IMG/VR virus record: IMGVR_UViG_3300034105_002232
Reading direction: 5' to 3' (one strand)
Source of the DNA: a virus
Length of the DNA: 64,000 bases
Shown here in pieces: positions 28,407 through 37,996 of this stretch (its first letter is position 1; every line of letters starts with the position of its first letter). The notes under the pieces are model-generated. The model saw nothing but the letters and a program-made list of their open reading frames with translations. It was not told the DNA's origin and did not search any database. Both the position numbers and the translations under genes were made by a program.

Positions 28407-29408
28407 ATGCTGAACTACAAAGATATACGCCGCGTACACCTTGAGATAAGCACCAGGTGTAATGCGGCGTGCCCTGAATGTCCACGAAATTTTCGTGGTG
28501 TTGACATAGTAGACACCTATCCCATATGTGATATGAGTTTAGATCAGGCAAAAAAGATCTTTACAACTTCTTTTTTATTACAATTAGATCAAATTCTCAT
28601 CAATGGCAATTACGGTGATTTTATCACTGCACATGATGGTCTGGAGATTGTGGAATATTTTTTAACAGTCAATCCCAACATAAAAATCATAATCAGCACA
28701 AATGCCAGCGGCCGTCCACATATATGGCGTCAATTAGGTGAGCTTGGGGTAGAAGTTCAGTTTAGAATTGATGGACTAGCAGATACTCATCATCTGTATA
28801 GACAATATACAAACTTTGAATTAATATTGGAGAATGCATTAAAGTTTATACAAGCAGGAGGCTATGCCATATGGGCAATGATTAAATTTGATCATAACAA
28901 ACATCAGATATCTCAGGCTGAAATATTATCTAAAGCAATGGGATTTAAAAGATTTGAATTGGTTGATGCTGGTAGGGACACCACTGTGGTCTTTACTAGA
29001 GATAAACAACTTAGTCACGTAATAGGCAATTATCAAGGACCAACAGACTATGATTTATTATATGATCAATATCAACAGTATATTAGCAATCCTGACATTA
29101 CTTTAAAAAAAGTACAAATACAAGAACGAACCATTAAATGTTATTCAAAAGAAAATAAAGAAGTATATGTGTCTGCCAATGGAGAAATATATCCTTGTTG
29201 TTGGTTAGGATTTTATCCTCTTAGTAAACAAGGAAATCCTAGTACGTTTCAGTTACGGCCGTTAATTAAAGAAAATAATGCACTTGAATATAGCATAGAA
29301 CATGCAATCGCATGGTTTAATCAAATTGAGTCTACGTGGAGTAAAACAGTACTAGATGGAAAAATCTATACTTGCAATGAGACCTGCGGGAGTAGAGCTG
29401 TAAGTTGA
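28407..29408 (+). CDS. Radical SAM protein with C-terminal SPASM/twitch domain
   Basis: CNAACPEC; YPCC..CxxxC. Confidence 0.9.
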   Translation: MLNYKDIRRVHLEISTRCNAACPECPRNFRGVDIVDTYPICDMSLDQAKKIFTTSFLLQLDQILINGNYGDFITAHDGLEIVEYFLTVNPNIKIIISTNASGRPHIWRQLGELGVEVQFRIDGLADTHHLYRQYTNFELILENALKFIQAGGYAIWAMIKFDHNKHQISQAEILSKAMGFKRFELVDAGRDTTVVFTRDKQLSHVIGNYQGPTDYDLLYDQYQQYISNPDITLKKVQIQERTIKCYSKENKEVYVSANGEIYPCCWLGFYPLSKQGNPSTFQLRPLIKENNALEYSIEHAIAWFNQIESTWSKTVLDGKIYTCNETCGSRAVS

Positions 29409-29869
29409 TTAACAGTATCCTCATAATCTTTATGCAATATACCTATACCACCAGAGACACGCCATTCTTCAATGTTGCTTCTCCGATCATCAATTAGTAT
29501 ATCCCCAGGCTGACAATGTTGATGTTTGTCCTTGCTAAAAGGACCAAACATAACAGGTATGGTTGCAAAGTAATTACGTGCCCAATACACTTTATCATTG
29601 AAAGCCCAGGGCACATCATTACCTTTTGGTACTGCAGTTAGAAATTTAAGATCGTAGTGTGTTTGTTTGCAAAACTGTTCACACTGATAAACCAATTGGG
29701 TTGCATAAGGAGTTGTTATTAGATCACGATAAAGTCTAGCATTGGTTGCTAGTTTGTACCAAATTTCGTCAGGATAGATTCCTTGGCTTGGTGGAACACT
29801 CAGGGTGCGAGCAGCGTATTCGTCGAAGTCGGCGACTACGCCGTCCATGTCTAAGTAAAGTGTTGGCAT
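29366..29869 (-). CDS. HAD 5'(3')-deoxyribonucleotidase-like protein
   Basis: LDMDGVVADF and LIDDR motifs. Confidence 0.85.
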   Translation of the reverse strand: MPTLYLDMDGVVADFDEYAARTLSVPPSQGIYPDEIWYKLATNARLYRDLITTPYATQLVYQCEQFCKQTHYDLKFLTAVPKGNDVPWAFNDKVYWARNYFATIPVMFGPFSKDKHQHCQPGDILIDDRRSNIEEWRVSGGIGILHKDYEDTVNQLTALLPQVSLQV

Positions 29870-30106
29870 TTATTTTTTAAGTTTTGAATGTAATGCTTGT
29901 AGATAATTGGTTTGATTGTTTAACTTATTCTCAAGACGCTGTACTGTGTCTTTTAGTCTATGTACATCACTGGACAACATATTAATAACTGTTTCTTGGT
30001 CACGCAATTTCACTTGATGAGTCATTAGATTAGGGCGCGGTGGTGCGTTAGGATCAACAGCACGTTTTTTCTTAGACCGCATGGCCTTAAACAATTTTGG
30101 GTTCAT
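29870..30106 (-). CDS. Basic coiled-coil hypothetical protein
   Basis: ORF directly after TAAATA. Confidence 0.65.
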   Translation of the reverse strand: MNPKLFKAMRSKKKRAVDPNAPPRPNLMTHQVKLRDQETVINMLSSDVHRLKDTVQRLENKLNNQTNYLQALHSKLKK

Positions 30107-30115
30107 ATATAGTAT

Positions 30116-31255
30116 TTACTCCTTTAACAAAGCCGTTAGTTTTGGTAAGTAATCATTTATGTTCAAATTTCTAAACTCCTTTGTAAGATTGATTTCTTCA
30201 AAAAATTTATTCCGCATAGACGATGAGTAATTTACTGTTTTAATATAATCAACTAAAAATGATAAATTAAAGTTTATTTCCTGCAAATATGTAATTATAC
30301 TATGCTTTTCTTTATCATTGAATATTTGTAGAGAGTAATGCAACGGATATTCGCAAAATATCCATGCAGGTTCAATTTTTAGTTCTTGCACTAATTCGAT
30401 AACAGGATCCAAATACAATATGTTTAACGCACTTATTACAGTATGAGTATTAAAACTGATGTTAGATTCACGCAAAAATTTAATATTATTTAAAACAGCA
30501 TCCCAACTACCTGTAGTTCTAATGTAATAAAATTGCTCTTTGGTGGCATCTAAGCTTAATGTGATATGTACTTTTTTAAATTTCTTAAGTGTATCGTGCA
30601 TTTTACCATGAATTTCTACAGTTCCGTTAGAAGTGTAATATAAGGTACAATTTGATGAGTTGCCGTCACTAATAATCTTTTCTAATATCTTCAGATGACT
30701 TAAATTTAAGAAAGGTTCACCGCCCATAATAGATACTTTTTCGACTGAACTAAAATCTTCGTTACAAACATTCTCTAATAGAGATTGTGTGTATCCGGCA
30801 CCTGTATATTTTTTATTTGGGAATAATTTCTTATGCTTCCATTCATCCTCAATCCAATGACTAGAACTTGACCATGATCCGCAGGTCCTGCAGGCCAAGT
30901 TACAATTGATCCCGCTATTAATTACTAAATTTTTTATTTTCTTATCAACGATCTGTTTGTTGTATGTGTCATGTAATTGTTCCAAGGTTGGATTATCATC
31001 TTGAAATAGCGCATATTGCCGTAAACTTGTTATTCCGTTGTTCTCATCGTCCCAGCACCCGCTACATTCAACACTTTTTATTCCTTTTAAAATATTTTTT
31101 TGGATATTCACAACTGTAGGAGAATTAATTAGGTTATGGAACGTTATGTTTTTTTGTCCTGGTATCGAAACCTCGCAACAAATGTTTGATAATCGATGAT
31201 CAAATCCACCAAAGGCATTGGTGCAATAGGTGTTAAGATTTAATTTGTCTGTCAT
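30116..31255 (-). CDS. Radical SAM protein with N-terminal Fe-S domain
   Basis: CNLACRTC, GGEP; same architecture as 8780..9934. Confidence 0.9.
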   Translation of the reverse strand: MTDKLNLNTYCTNAFGGFDHRLSNICCEVSIPGQKNITFHNLINSPTVVNIQKNILKGIKSVECSGCWDDENNGITSLRQYALFQDDNPTLEQLHDTYNKQIVDKKIKNLVINSGINCNLACRTCGSWSSSSHWIEDEWKHKKLFPNKKYTGAGYTQSLLENVCNEDFSSVEKVSIMGGEPFLNLSHLKILEKIISDGNSSNCTLYYTSNGTVEIHGKMHDTLKKFKKVHITLSLDATKEQFYYIRTTGSWDAVLNNIKFLRESNISFNTHTVISALNILYLDPVIELVQELKIEPAWIFCEYPLHYSLQIFNDKEKHSIITYLQEINFNLSFLVDYIKTVNYSSSMRNKFFEEINLTKEFRNLNINDYLPKLTALLKE

Positions 31256-31575
31256 ATGTAATACTTATCACTGGGTATGCTAGGAAACTTGATTGCAACT
31301 ACGCTGGTATCTTCTAGATATTCAGCATAATAATGTTCTCCAGGCTCGGACATATAAATATCGCCAGCAGCAAACTCTACATTGTTGATAATCATACGAC
31401 CACTGGTAATCAGCTGCAACTCTGTTATCACACGGTGGTAGTGAGGAGTGTCCTTTGTACCGGCAGCATTGCTCTGCCAACACACTTCAAAGTCTTTGGT
31501 TCTAACAGCAGCACCATCAAAATCTCCAACGAACCAACCTCTAGCACCCAACTCACTGAGTTTCAATTTCTTCAT
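31252..31575 (-). CDS. Cupin-domain protein (start MKKLKL)
   Basis: GWFVGDF and HYH...E cupin motif. Confidence 0.75.
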   Translation of the reverse strand: MKKLKLSELGARGWFVGDFDGAAVRTKDFEVCWQSNAAGTKDTPHYHRVITELQLITSGRMIINNVEFAAGDIYMSEPGEHYYAEYLEDTSVVAIKFPSIPSDKYYI

Positions 31576-31927
31576 GCCGGCCTGCGTCAACTTCTGATTG
31601 CATTTCATCCAACATCCGATTAAAGTATTTGGCATCCAAATTGGTCATCACTTCGGTCACGTACTTGTGATAACCCTTGAAGAAATATTTAAACATCTCA
31701 TTGAAGTCCTTGTTGTTGTTAAACCCGTTACGCTCAACTGTTTTTGTTGATAGGTTTAACACAACTTTGGCACTGACATCTTTGTTGCGCAGTTTGGTTT
31801 GTATTGCCACTTGCTCGTCATATTGATGATTGGCCGGATCTTTCATATACCCTGGAATATAAGTTTTCTTGGGATCTCGCGGCTTTGTTACATAGTTGGC
31901 TACAAGGTAAATTGATTTTGTCTTCAT
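31553..31927 (-). CDS. Hypothetical protein
   Basis: 124-aa ORF. Confidence 0.65.
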   Translation of the reverse strand: MKTKSIYLVANYVTKPRDPKKTYIPGYMKDPANHQYDEQVAIQTKLRNKDVSAKVVLNLSTKTVERNGFNNNKDFNEMFKYFFKGYHKYVTEVMTNLDAKYFNRMLDEMQSEVDAGRHEEIETQ

Positions 31928-31930
31928 AGA

Positions 31931-33361
31931 TTATTTAAGATAAGTTTTAAGATTTTCGTTCCACTCAATAAGTTTTGTTTCTAGTCTATCTAGTGGCCAT
32001 TTTTGCCTTCTTGCTTCGGTTAATATGTTTATTGTTCGCTGGTAGCGTTCTGCTACAGTAAAATCTTTATTTTTTTTGCTACGATAAAATAATACTTTGT
32101 TTGCAGTTTGATTTTTAACATCGTCTGTATAATACAAATTGGGGTCAGCAGACAGTCTAGTATCAGCTAGTAGTCCTGGGTGTCCGTTTATTGCTGCAGA
32201 TGAGATAGTGCCATCTGCAACATATGGCCGCCATCTTTTAAAAATTTCAAGATATTCTAAATGTTCTTGACTGGTTTCGGACGGCCATGTGGTCATTAAC
32301 TGAAATTGATTTGTTAACCCTACTCTGCTGCAGTTTTCTAGATGCCAATCTACGTCTTCGTTAGTAAATTTTTTATCCATTTCAAATCTTATACGATCAA
32401 CGCCAGTCTCTATGCCTACATTAAGAAAGAAACCACCGGAGTTCTTAATCATATCAAACACCTCTTTGCTATGACTGGCACTAGGTCTTATGATAAAGAA
32501 TCCGCTCCATTTAAAATTACGTGCATCAGGGTAATTATTCAAAGTTGCGCAAAATTTGCTAAATTCTTTTAGACTACCGTTAAGTAAACTATCTGCAAAA
32601 TAGAAATTTTTAGTGCCATGAGTTTCGTAGTATCTAATCATTTCCTGCGCTATGCTACTACCTTTTCTATAACGATATTTAGGCCAATATTTTTCTATAT
32701 CACAAAACGTACATTTCTTAACGCACCCCCTGCTGCCATAAACATAAAAATCGCGCTCGTTATTGGGATAATCGTACATATCTAGGTTATAATAGTTATA
32801 GTTTGGTAGCGGTAAAACCTCAATATCTTCAATTTGCTTGGCTGGGATCCCATTAATACCGGGGTATTTGGTATTACCTTTAAATAATTCTACTAAACAT
32901 ATTTCGCCCTCGCCTTGTATGTAATAGTCTACTAAATTCTTATTATACAATAACTCACCGCAAGTTTCCAGATTAAATTTAAATTCAGTGCCTGGCCCAC
33001 CTACAACAATTTTTGCTCTAGTTTTTCCTTTTAGCCACTTACACAAATCATAGAGACTAGCAAAGTCAAACATTGTCAACTGTGACAACAAGATCCAGTC
33101 AACGTCTAGAGTACTAGCAGTAAGATTATATTCATACAGATATTCTGGTACTATGTCAATATCGTACACAAATGAATATGTTTTCTTTTTATTTTGCCAC
33201 CATAAATTTTCATTATCGCGAAATAAATTTATATTTAAGTCTATAGCATGAACTTCGTGCCCGTTCTGTCTGGCTACCTCGCAGAGAATTGCTCCAGCAA
33301 TTGGTGGCCGATGGGGTTCAAGGTAAGGTGTGTTTATTACTAGCGTCTTTGTTTTTTGCAT
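31931..33361 (-). CDS. B12-binding (class B) radical SAM enzyme
   Basis: VVGGPG, GEGE and SRGCVKKCTFC motifs. Confidence 0.9.
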   Translation of the reverse strand: MQKTKTLVINTPYLEPHRPPIAGAILCEVARQNGHEVHAIDLNINLFRDNENLWWQNKKKTYSFVYDIDIVPEYLYEYNLTASTLDVDWILLSQLTMFDFASLYDLCKWLKGKTRAKIVVGGPGTEFKFNLETCGELLYNKNLVDYYIQGEGEICLVELFKGNTKYPGINGIPAKQIEDIEVLPLPNYNYYNLDMYDYPNNERDFYVYGSRGCVKKCTFCDIEKYWPKYRYRKGSSIAQEMIRYYETHGTKNFYFADSLLNGSLKEFSKFCATLNNYPDARNFKWSGFFIIRPSASHSKEVFDMIKNSGGFFLNVGIETGVDRIRFEMDKKFTNEDVDWHLENCSRVGLTNQFQLMTTWPSETSQEHLEYLEIFKRWRPYVADGTISSAAINGHPGLLADTRLSADPNLYYTDDVKNQTANKVLFYRSKKNKDFTVAERYQRTINILTEARRQKWPLDRLETKLIEWNENLKTYLK

Positions 33362-33914
33362 TATCTACCAATTGCTGTAGTTGGTCTAATAGAACATCAA
33401 TATTTATATCATCATATTTGTAAACATAGTTATTAATAAAAGGAAGACCACTTTGTTTATCTTTGGACGTAGTTACTATATCCGCTTCTCGTAAATTCTG
33501 CACCCAATCGTAAAATGGTTCAGAGTATGTAATTTTAATAACTCCATTAACACCCATAAATCCATGGGTTAATTCATGTGGACTACCATCATACTTCTGT
33601 AAAGCTAATTTTCTAATTAAAAAATTTAGATTGCATTTATTAATACCCACACCAGTTATTTTTATATATTGATCTCTAAGAATGGTACCGCGATCATCAA
33701 TTAATGTGTCCCATATTTTTGGACCAAATCTTTTGTTAGTGTAATGTAATTCAATTTGATTATGATCCAACGAGTCAAAGCTTAAATTAATAATTTGAGA
33801 ATCTTGAACAAATTCTTCAAATAATTTTTTTTTGTTTATTATTATTTGTAATAAAGGCCATTGATGATCATAGGCACATCTGGCTTCAATGGCCAATATC
33901 AAATTAGATTGCAT
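33318..33914 (-). CDS. Hypothetical protein, paralogue of 14941..15405
   Basis: Shared motifs with 14941..15405. Confidence 0.65.
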   Translation of the reverse strand: MQSNLILAIEARCAYDHQWPLLQIIINKKKLFEEFVQDSQIINLSFDSLDHNQIELHYTNKRFGPKIWDTLIDDRGTILRDQYIKITGVGINKCNLNFLIRKLALQKYDGSPHELTHGFMGVNGVIKITYSEPFYDWVQNLREADIVTTSKDKQSGLPFINNYVYKYDDINIDVLLDQLQQLVDNAKNKDASNKHTLP

Positions 33915-34837
33915 TACACAATTTGACTAAGTTCTACTAAGGTTGCTGATAGGTTGATTTCAGGGTCAGCAACCAATGGTGCAGTTGCTAGTCCTTTACG
34001 AATAATTTTAATTGCTTCGTCTTGTTGCTCTGGAGTTTTACCCCATAGTTCCAGATTATGATACATCCAGGTAAACACTTCTTCCATCTCCTCGGGAGAA
34101 GTATGTGTGCATAACATGGTACGTGCTTCACGCACTTTACCTGTTTTGAACAAATCTACCACGGCCAATTTATGATCGGCTGTACCAGCATCGCCGCTGC
34201 TTTTTGACACAGTCAACGTACCACTCACACTATTTCCTTGCAGTAGCTTTAAACAACTACGTAAATCAGGATACGTGGCACGAACATAACTGTCAATGGT
34301 ATCTAAGTCAAACTCAACACTTTCGTGCACCAGCACTGTGGCCGCTCTTGCAGTAAATTCATTCATATCAGTTTTGTCAATCACAAATTGCTGACAACGA
34401 CTTTTCAACGGCGTAATAATTTTATGTGCAAGATTACATGTCAAAATAAATCTGGCTTGAGCAGCATAAGTTTCCATTAATCCGCGCAACAAGGCCTGTG
34501 CATTATGCGACAAATAATCTGCTTCATCCAACAACACAATCTTTAACTCACCAAATGGCATAGTACTAACAAAGCCTTCGATTTGTTTTTTTAAGAAATC
34601 GACTCCGTTGTCTCTTGATGCATTGACCTGTAAGAAATCATATGGATCAATGTCTAGACTGTTTACTAGAATTTTTGCTAGAGTGGTTTTACCTGTGCCA
34701 GCTGGCCCAACAAACAACAGATGCGGAATACTCTTTTCCTTGATAAAATACTCAATCTGTTCCCGTTGTCCGGGATCAGTGAATACATACCCATCTATTG
34801 TTTTAGGGCGATACTTTTCAGTCCAAAGTTCTTTCAT
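33914..34837 (-). CDS. Clamp loader AAA+ subunit (gp44/RFC-small-like)
   Basis: WTEKYRP, GPAGTGKT, DEAD and SRC motifs. Confidence 0.93.
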   Translation of the reverse strand: MKELWTEKYRPKTIDGYVFTDPGQREQIEYFIKEKSIPHLLFVGPAGTGKTTLAKILVNSLDIDPYDFLQVNASRDNGVDFLKKQIEGFVSTMPFGELKIVLLDEADYLSHNAQALLRGLMETYAAQARFILTCNLAHKIITPLKSRCQQFVIDKTDMNEFTARAATVLVHESVEFDLDTIDSYVRATYPDLRSCLKLLQGNSVSGTLTVSKSSGDAGTADHKLAVVDLFKTGKVREARTMLCTHTSPEEMEEVFTWMYHNLELWGKTPEQQDEAIKIIRKGLATAPLVADPEINLSATLVELSQIV

Positions 34838-35622
34838 AGATTATCTCGATGTACGCAGACTAAATCCTCGCTACGAATGCTAGGGTCTGCAGGTTCCATT
34901 GTTTCTGGGTCAAATGCTTGGTATCCGGCTTCGTCAATCACTTGAAATAATTCTGCAGTATCTGCAGCACTATATGCACCAAACCATTCCGTAAACAACA
35001 CTGGTTTATATTTTTGCAAAAATGCTCGGCTGTTACGTATAATTTCAATATCGTGCCCTTCTGTATCTGTTTTCACAAACCCAATATTGGCAATTTCTTC
35101 TGCTGTCAGATACTTGTTGCACATTGATTCCAAGGTCATTCCTGACACAGTAATACTTTCACCGCTCATTCCTGCCACACGTTGGGTTGTTTCAGCATCC
35201 CAAGTTTCACCAACAAGACCGCCGTTGCACATGGCATTCTGATGATCTTTGAATGTGAGTCCTTCAGCGTTCTGATTTGTCACTGCTTCAGTGGCAATTA
35301 CAAAATTTCCTAGATGACTGTTAACCGCACAGTTAAACTGCAAGTAAGGTAGTATAACAGGATTAGGCTCAACTGTCAACACAGTAGCACGACACTGTGA
35401 CATCATTGGGATGGCAGTATCGCCACTGTGCCCTCCAATGTCAATCACAGTCATACCGGGTTTGATCCAGGTTGACCAATGATTTTTTACCATATAATAG
35501 TCAAATATTGTTTGAAAGTCTGGTACACGTTCTCTTGGATGATCCATTTCAAACCAAAAACAACTCTCGCCGTCGGCAAGGTCTAATTTGTATCCTGTGC
35601 GTAATTTAACTGATGTTTGCAT
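34834..35622 (-). CDS. FkbM-family methyltransferase
   Basis: IDIGGHSG, VEPNP and KTDTEG motifs. Confidence 0.85.
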   Translation of the reverse strand: MQTSVKLRTGYKLDLADGESCFWFEMDHPRERVPDFQTIFDYYMVKNHWSTWIKPGMTVIDIGGHSGDTAIPMMSQCRATVLTVEPNPVILPYLQFNCAVNSHLGNFVIATEAVTNQNAEGLTFKDHQNAMCNGGLVGETWDAETTQRVAGMSGESITVSGMTLESMCNKYLTAEEIANIGFVKTDTEGHDIEIIRNSRAFLQKYKPVLFTEWFGAYSAADTAELFQVIDEAGYQAFDPETMEPADPSIRSEDLVCVHRDNL

Positions 35623-35885
35623 TATACTATCTCCTCAATGATTCCTAGAACTTCTGCTACCACAATACACACACCAGCTAACCAAAAGTTACCGGTCATT
35701 AGCACACCGCCGGCAAATATTCTAATTGCACTTTTGGCTAGGCTGACACGAAAATGTCCCAGACTGGGATCTTTGGGTTGAACAGCCAACAGTGGCGGAT
35801 GGTGCGGGCATCTGCCCTGGTTAAAATCGCATGTTGGACTGTAAGGTTTACGACAAATAGCGCATTTGGATGATTTGGTGCTCAC
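35622..35885 (-). CDS. Hypothetical protein (Cys-rich N-terminus, hydrophobic C-terminus)
   Basis: CAIC..C..CPHH followed by TM segments. Confidence 0.6.
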   Translation of the reverse strand: MSTKSSKCAICRKPYSPTCDFNQGRCPHHPPLLAVQPKDPSLGHFRVSLAKSAIRIFAGGVLMTGNFWLAGVCIVVAEVLGIIEEIV

Positions 35886-36292
35886 AATGATTTACGCTCC
35901 GCTGGCACAGCGGTTGAGATTGTTTCATCAGTGTCAGGTTGTTCGTCGCTGACAAATATAATTGCCGTTGGATCTGCTCTGCGTATTACAAATTCTTCAT
36001 GGTCTTTTTCAATTTTAAGACCACGGCTCCAGCGCCCATGTTCTACCAGAATCCACTGCCCAACTTTGACATCATGTTGGGTAGGACCAACAGCGTACAC
36101 TTGACCCCAACGTGGACGAATACCATCGGTCTTTCCGTCGTCTCCGAGTAAAATAACTCCACTGCTTAATTTGCGTCCGGTAAAGTCCATGTCTTTTACA
36201 ATGACTGAATCTCTTAACGGTGTAATTTTACCATCTATTTCAATGGTATGTTGATATCCACGTTTTTGATCAAACGGATTTGTGACTGCCAT
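35882..36292 (-). CDS. groES: GroES-like co-chaperonin
   Basis: PLRDSVIV, SSGVIL and VYAVGP..VKVG motifs. Confidence 0.8.
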   Translation of the reverse strand: MAVTNPFDQKRGYQHTIEIDGKITPLRDSVIVKDMDFTGRKLSSGVILLGDDGKTDGIRPRWGQVYAVGPTQHDVKVGQWILVEHGRWSRGLKIEKDHEEFVIRRADPTAIIFVSDEQPDTDETISTAVPAERKSL

Positions 36293-36304
36293 TTTTTCCT
36301 CTTT

Positions 36305-36715
36305 TTAAATTCGTTGTGGTCCAGGTTCTACAGGTTGTTCTTGTTCGGCTGGTTTGTTTTTTGCTACCGAGTCTGCTAGGCTGCCTCTCAACGGTCTTTT
36401 TTGTGTATCAGTTGGGGGTGCAGGATCAGTGTTCTCGTCAACGTCTGCTGCAACTTCGACCCAGTCATCGGTAAGATCCTTCTTGGGTACTCGCTTGTGC
36501 GATTCTGGCACATAGTCTGTTGCTACTGGAGTGTTTAATTTGTAATAATCTGCCATGGCCTTGTGCTTGGGCACTTCAACTGTGCCGCCAGGTCCCAATT
36601 GATCGCCTTTGGCGTTCACTTTCATGTTTCCCACTGCAATTGTGCTTTCGTTTTGAGCAATAATTGCGTCAATATTTACACGTTTTCCATTTGCTGTAGT
36701 ATATACTCTTTTCAT
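36305..36715 (-). CDS. Hypothetical protein
   Basis: AVGNMKVNAKGDQLG motif; AAGGAG SD. Confidence 0.7.
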   Translation of the reverse strand: MKRVYTTANGKRVNIDAIIAQNESTIAVGNMKVNAKGDQLGPGGTVEVPKHKAMADYYKLNTPVATDYVPESHKRVPKKDLTDDWVEVAADVDENTDPAPPTDTQKRPLRGSLADSVAKNKPAEQEQPVEPGPQRI

Positions 36716-36739
36716 AGTGTTTCTCCTTGTTAGCGGTAT

Positions 36740-37258
36740 TTACCGTAAAAACTCACTGACATCTAAATCATAATACATGCTGTTAATTCGATGAACACCT
36801 ATTAGGTACAGCACATAACTTGCCACGCTTGATCCACGGCCTACACCCCAGACAATATTATTGGTACGCCAGGTATCCACTACGTATTTTAATTGTCGTA
36901 GTAAGTCAAATAAATTTCTTTCTTGGTACAATAGTAGTTCTTGGCCCACACGTTGTAATTCTTCTTGTGTTTTACATTGACCCAACACCCACTGTGCAAT
37001 ATCTAAACTCAAATATTCTTCGGGCATGTGCCACAAACTTTGTTGAGTTTGATGAAACACATCAACATCGTAATCGGGTGGACAAGGGTGATATTCTCCA
37101 ACCAATGGAAGATCAGCATAGGTACTCTTAACTGCACTGTTGTACTGATCCCAATCTTGTACTAGAAATTTACTAACATCAACTTCTGGCCGTTGGTACA
37201 ATATCTCGCATAGTGTGTTGCTGGTAGCGTAGGCCTGACCAAATTGATCATAATTCAT
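36740..37258 (-). CDS. DNA polymerase III alpha (DnaE) fragment
   Basis: WGVGRGSSVASYVLYLIGV..YDL..EFL matches the DnaE GRGS segment; ends before the catalytic DxD. Confidence 0.75.
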   Translation of the reverse strand: MNYDQFGQAYATSNTLCEILYQRPEVDVSKFLVQDWDQYNSAVKSTYADLPLVGEYHPCPPDYDVDVFHQTQQSLWHMPEEYLSLDIAQWVLGQCKTQEELQRVGQELLLYQERNLFDLLRQLKYVVDTWRTNNIVWGVGRGSSVASYVLYLIGVHRINSMYYDLDVSEFLR

Positions 37259-37491
37259 TTGATATCAATGATGCCTTTGAATTTGTCGCCCTTGGCCTCC
37301 ATTTCCTCTAGCGTTTTACGATTACGATTGTCCATCTCGTAACGATAATTTTCCAGAATCATTTGCATTTGTGGAATAATACTAGTAGGACCTGATCTAT
37401 AAGCCTGATTCATTTTGGACATAAGGTCGTTGTATTTTTTATGAAGATCTTCGTTAGAAAGCCCAGACAAGTCAGTAACAAGTGGGTGCAT
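37255..37491 (-). CDS. Small helical hypothetical protein
   Basis: Coupled ORF. Confidence 0.65.
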   Translation of the reverse strand: MHPLVTDLSGLSNEDLHKKYNDLMSKMNQAYRSGPTSIIPQMQMILENYRYEMDNRNRKTLEEMEAKGDKFKGIIDIK

Positions 37492-37925
37492 CAGATATCT
37501 CCTTGTTGTCTATTTTCCGATGAATGTACGTTAAACGTGCCGCCGGGATAACGGCTCATGAGTTTGTTTACATTTTCTTCAATTACCGCGTTGGGATCTA
37601 GGTTCAAGGCACGACATGCATTGACCCAGTACCACATGACGTCACCCAGTTCACGTTTCATATGGAACAAGCTTTCTTCCGTAAGTGGCTTACCTTGGAA
37701 CAACATTTTCTTTGGAATTTCACAGAACTCGCCGGTCTCTGCTGCCAGTCCCAGCGCCGCAGTGATCAACAGTGGCACATTAACGTCTGGGCCGTGTGTG
37801 TCAGTCTCAAAATTAAAATTTCCATCCAGCTGATCTAGACGATCCATGAATGTGGTTAGGTCTTTGCTGGGTTCACTGGTAACTGCACCAACAAACTCGC
37901 TGTAACGATTTAAATTTACGGTCAT
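37491..37925 (-). CDS. MazG-like NTP pyrophosphohydrolase
   Basis: GLAAETGEF..KK, ELGDVMWY and N..KL..RY motifs. Confidence 0.85.
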   Translation of the reverse strand: MTVNLNRYSEFVGAVTSEPSKDLTTFMDRLDQLDGNFNFETDTHGPDVNVPLLITAALGLAAETGEFCEIPKKMLFQGKPLTEESLFHMKRELGDVMWYWVNACRALNLDPNAVIEENVNKLMSRYPGGTFNVHSSENRQQGDI

Positions 37926-37946
37926 AAAAAACTCCTAGTTTGCATA

Positions 37947-37975
37947 ATTATACACTATGCCCATCTAGGAGTCAA
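37947..37975 (-). promoter_or_regulatory. sigma70 promoter inside an inverted repeat
   Basis: TTGACT-17bp-TATAAT. Confidence 0.8.
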
Positions 37976-37996
37976 TTATTTTGGATTAGATATTTG

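Noticed and set aside
27027-29408. Invertible segment explaining the plus-strand island
   Set aside because: No flanking inverted repeats or recombinase were found. The 43-bp convergent overlap at 29366-29408 argues for a fixed arrangement.
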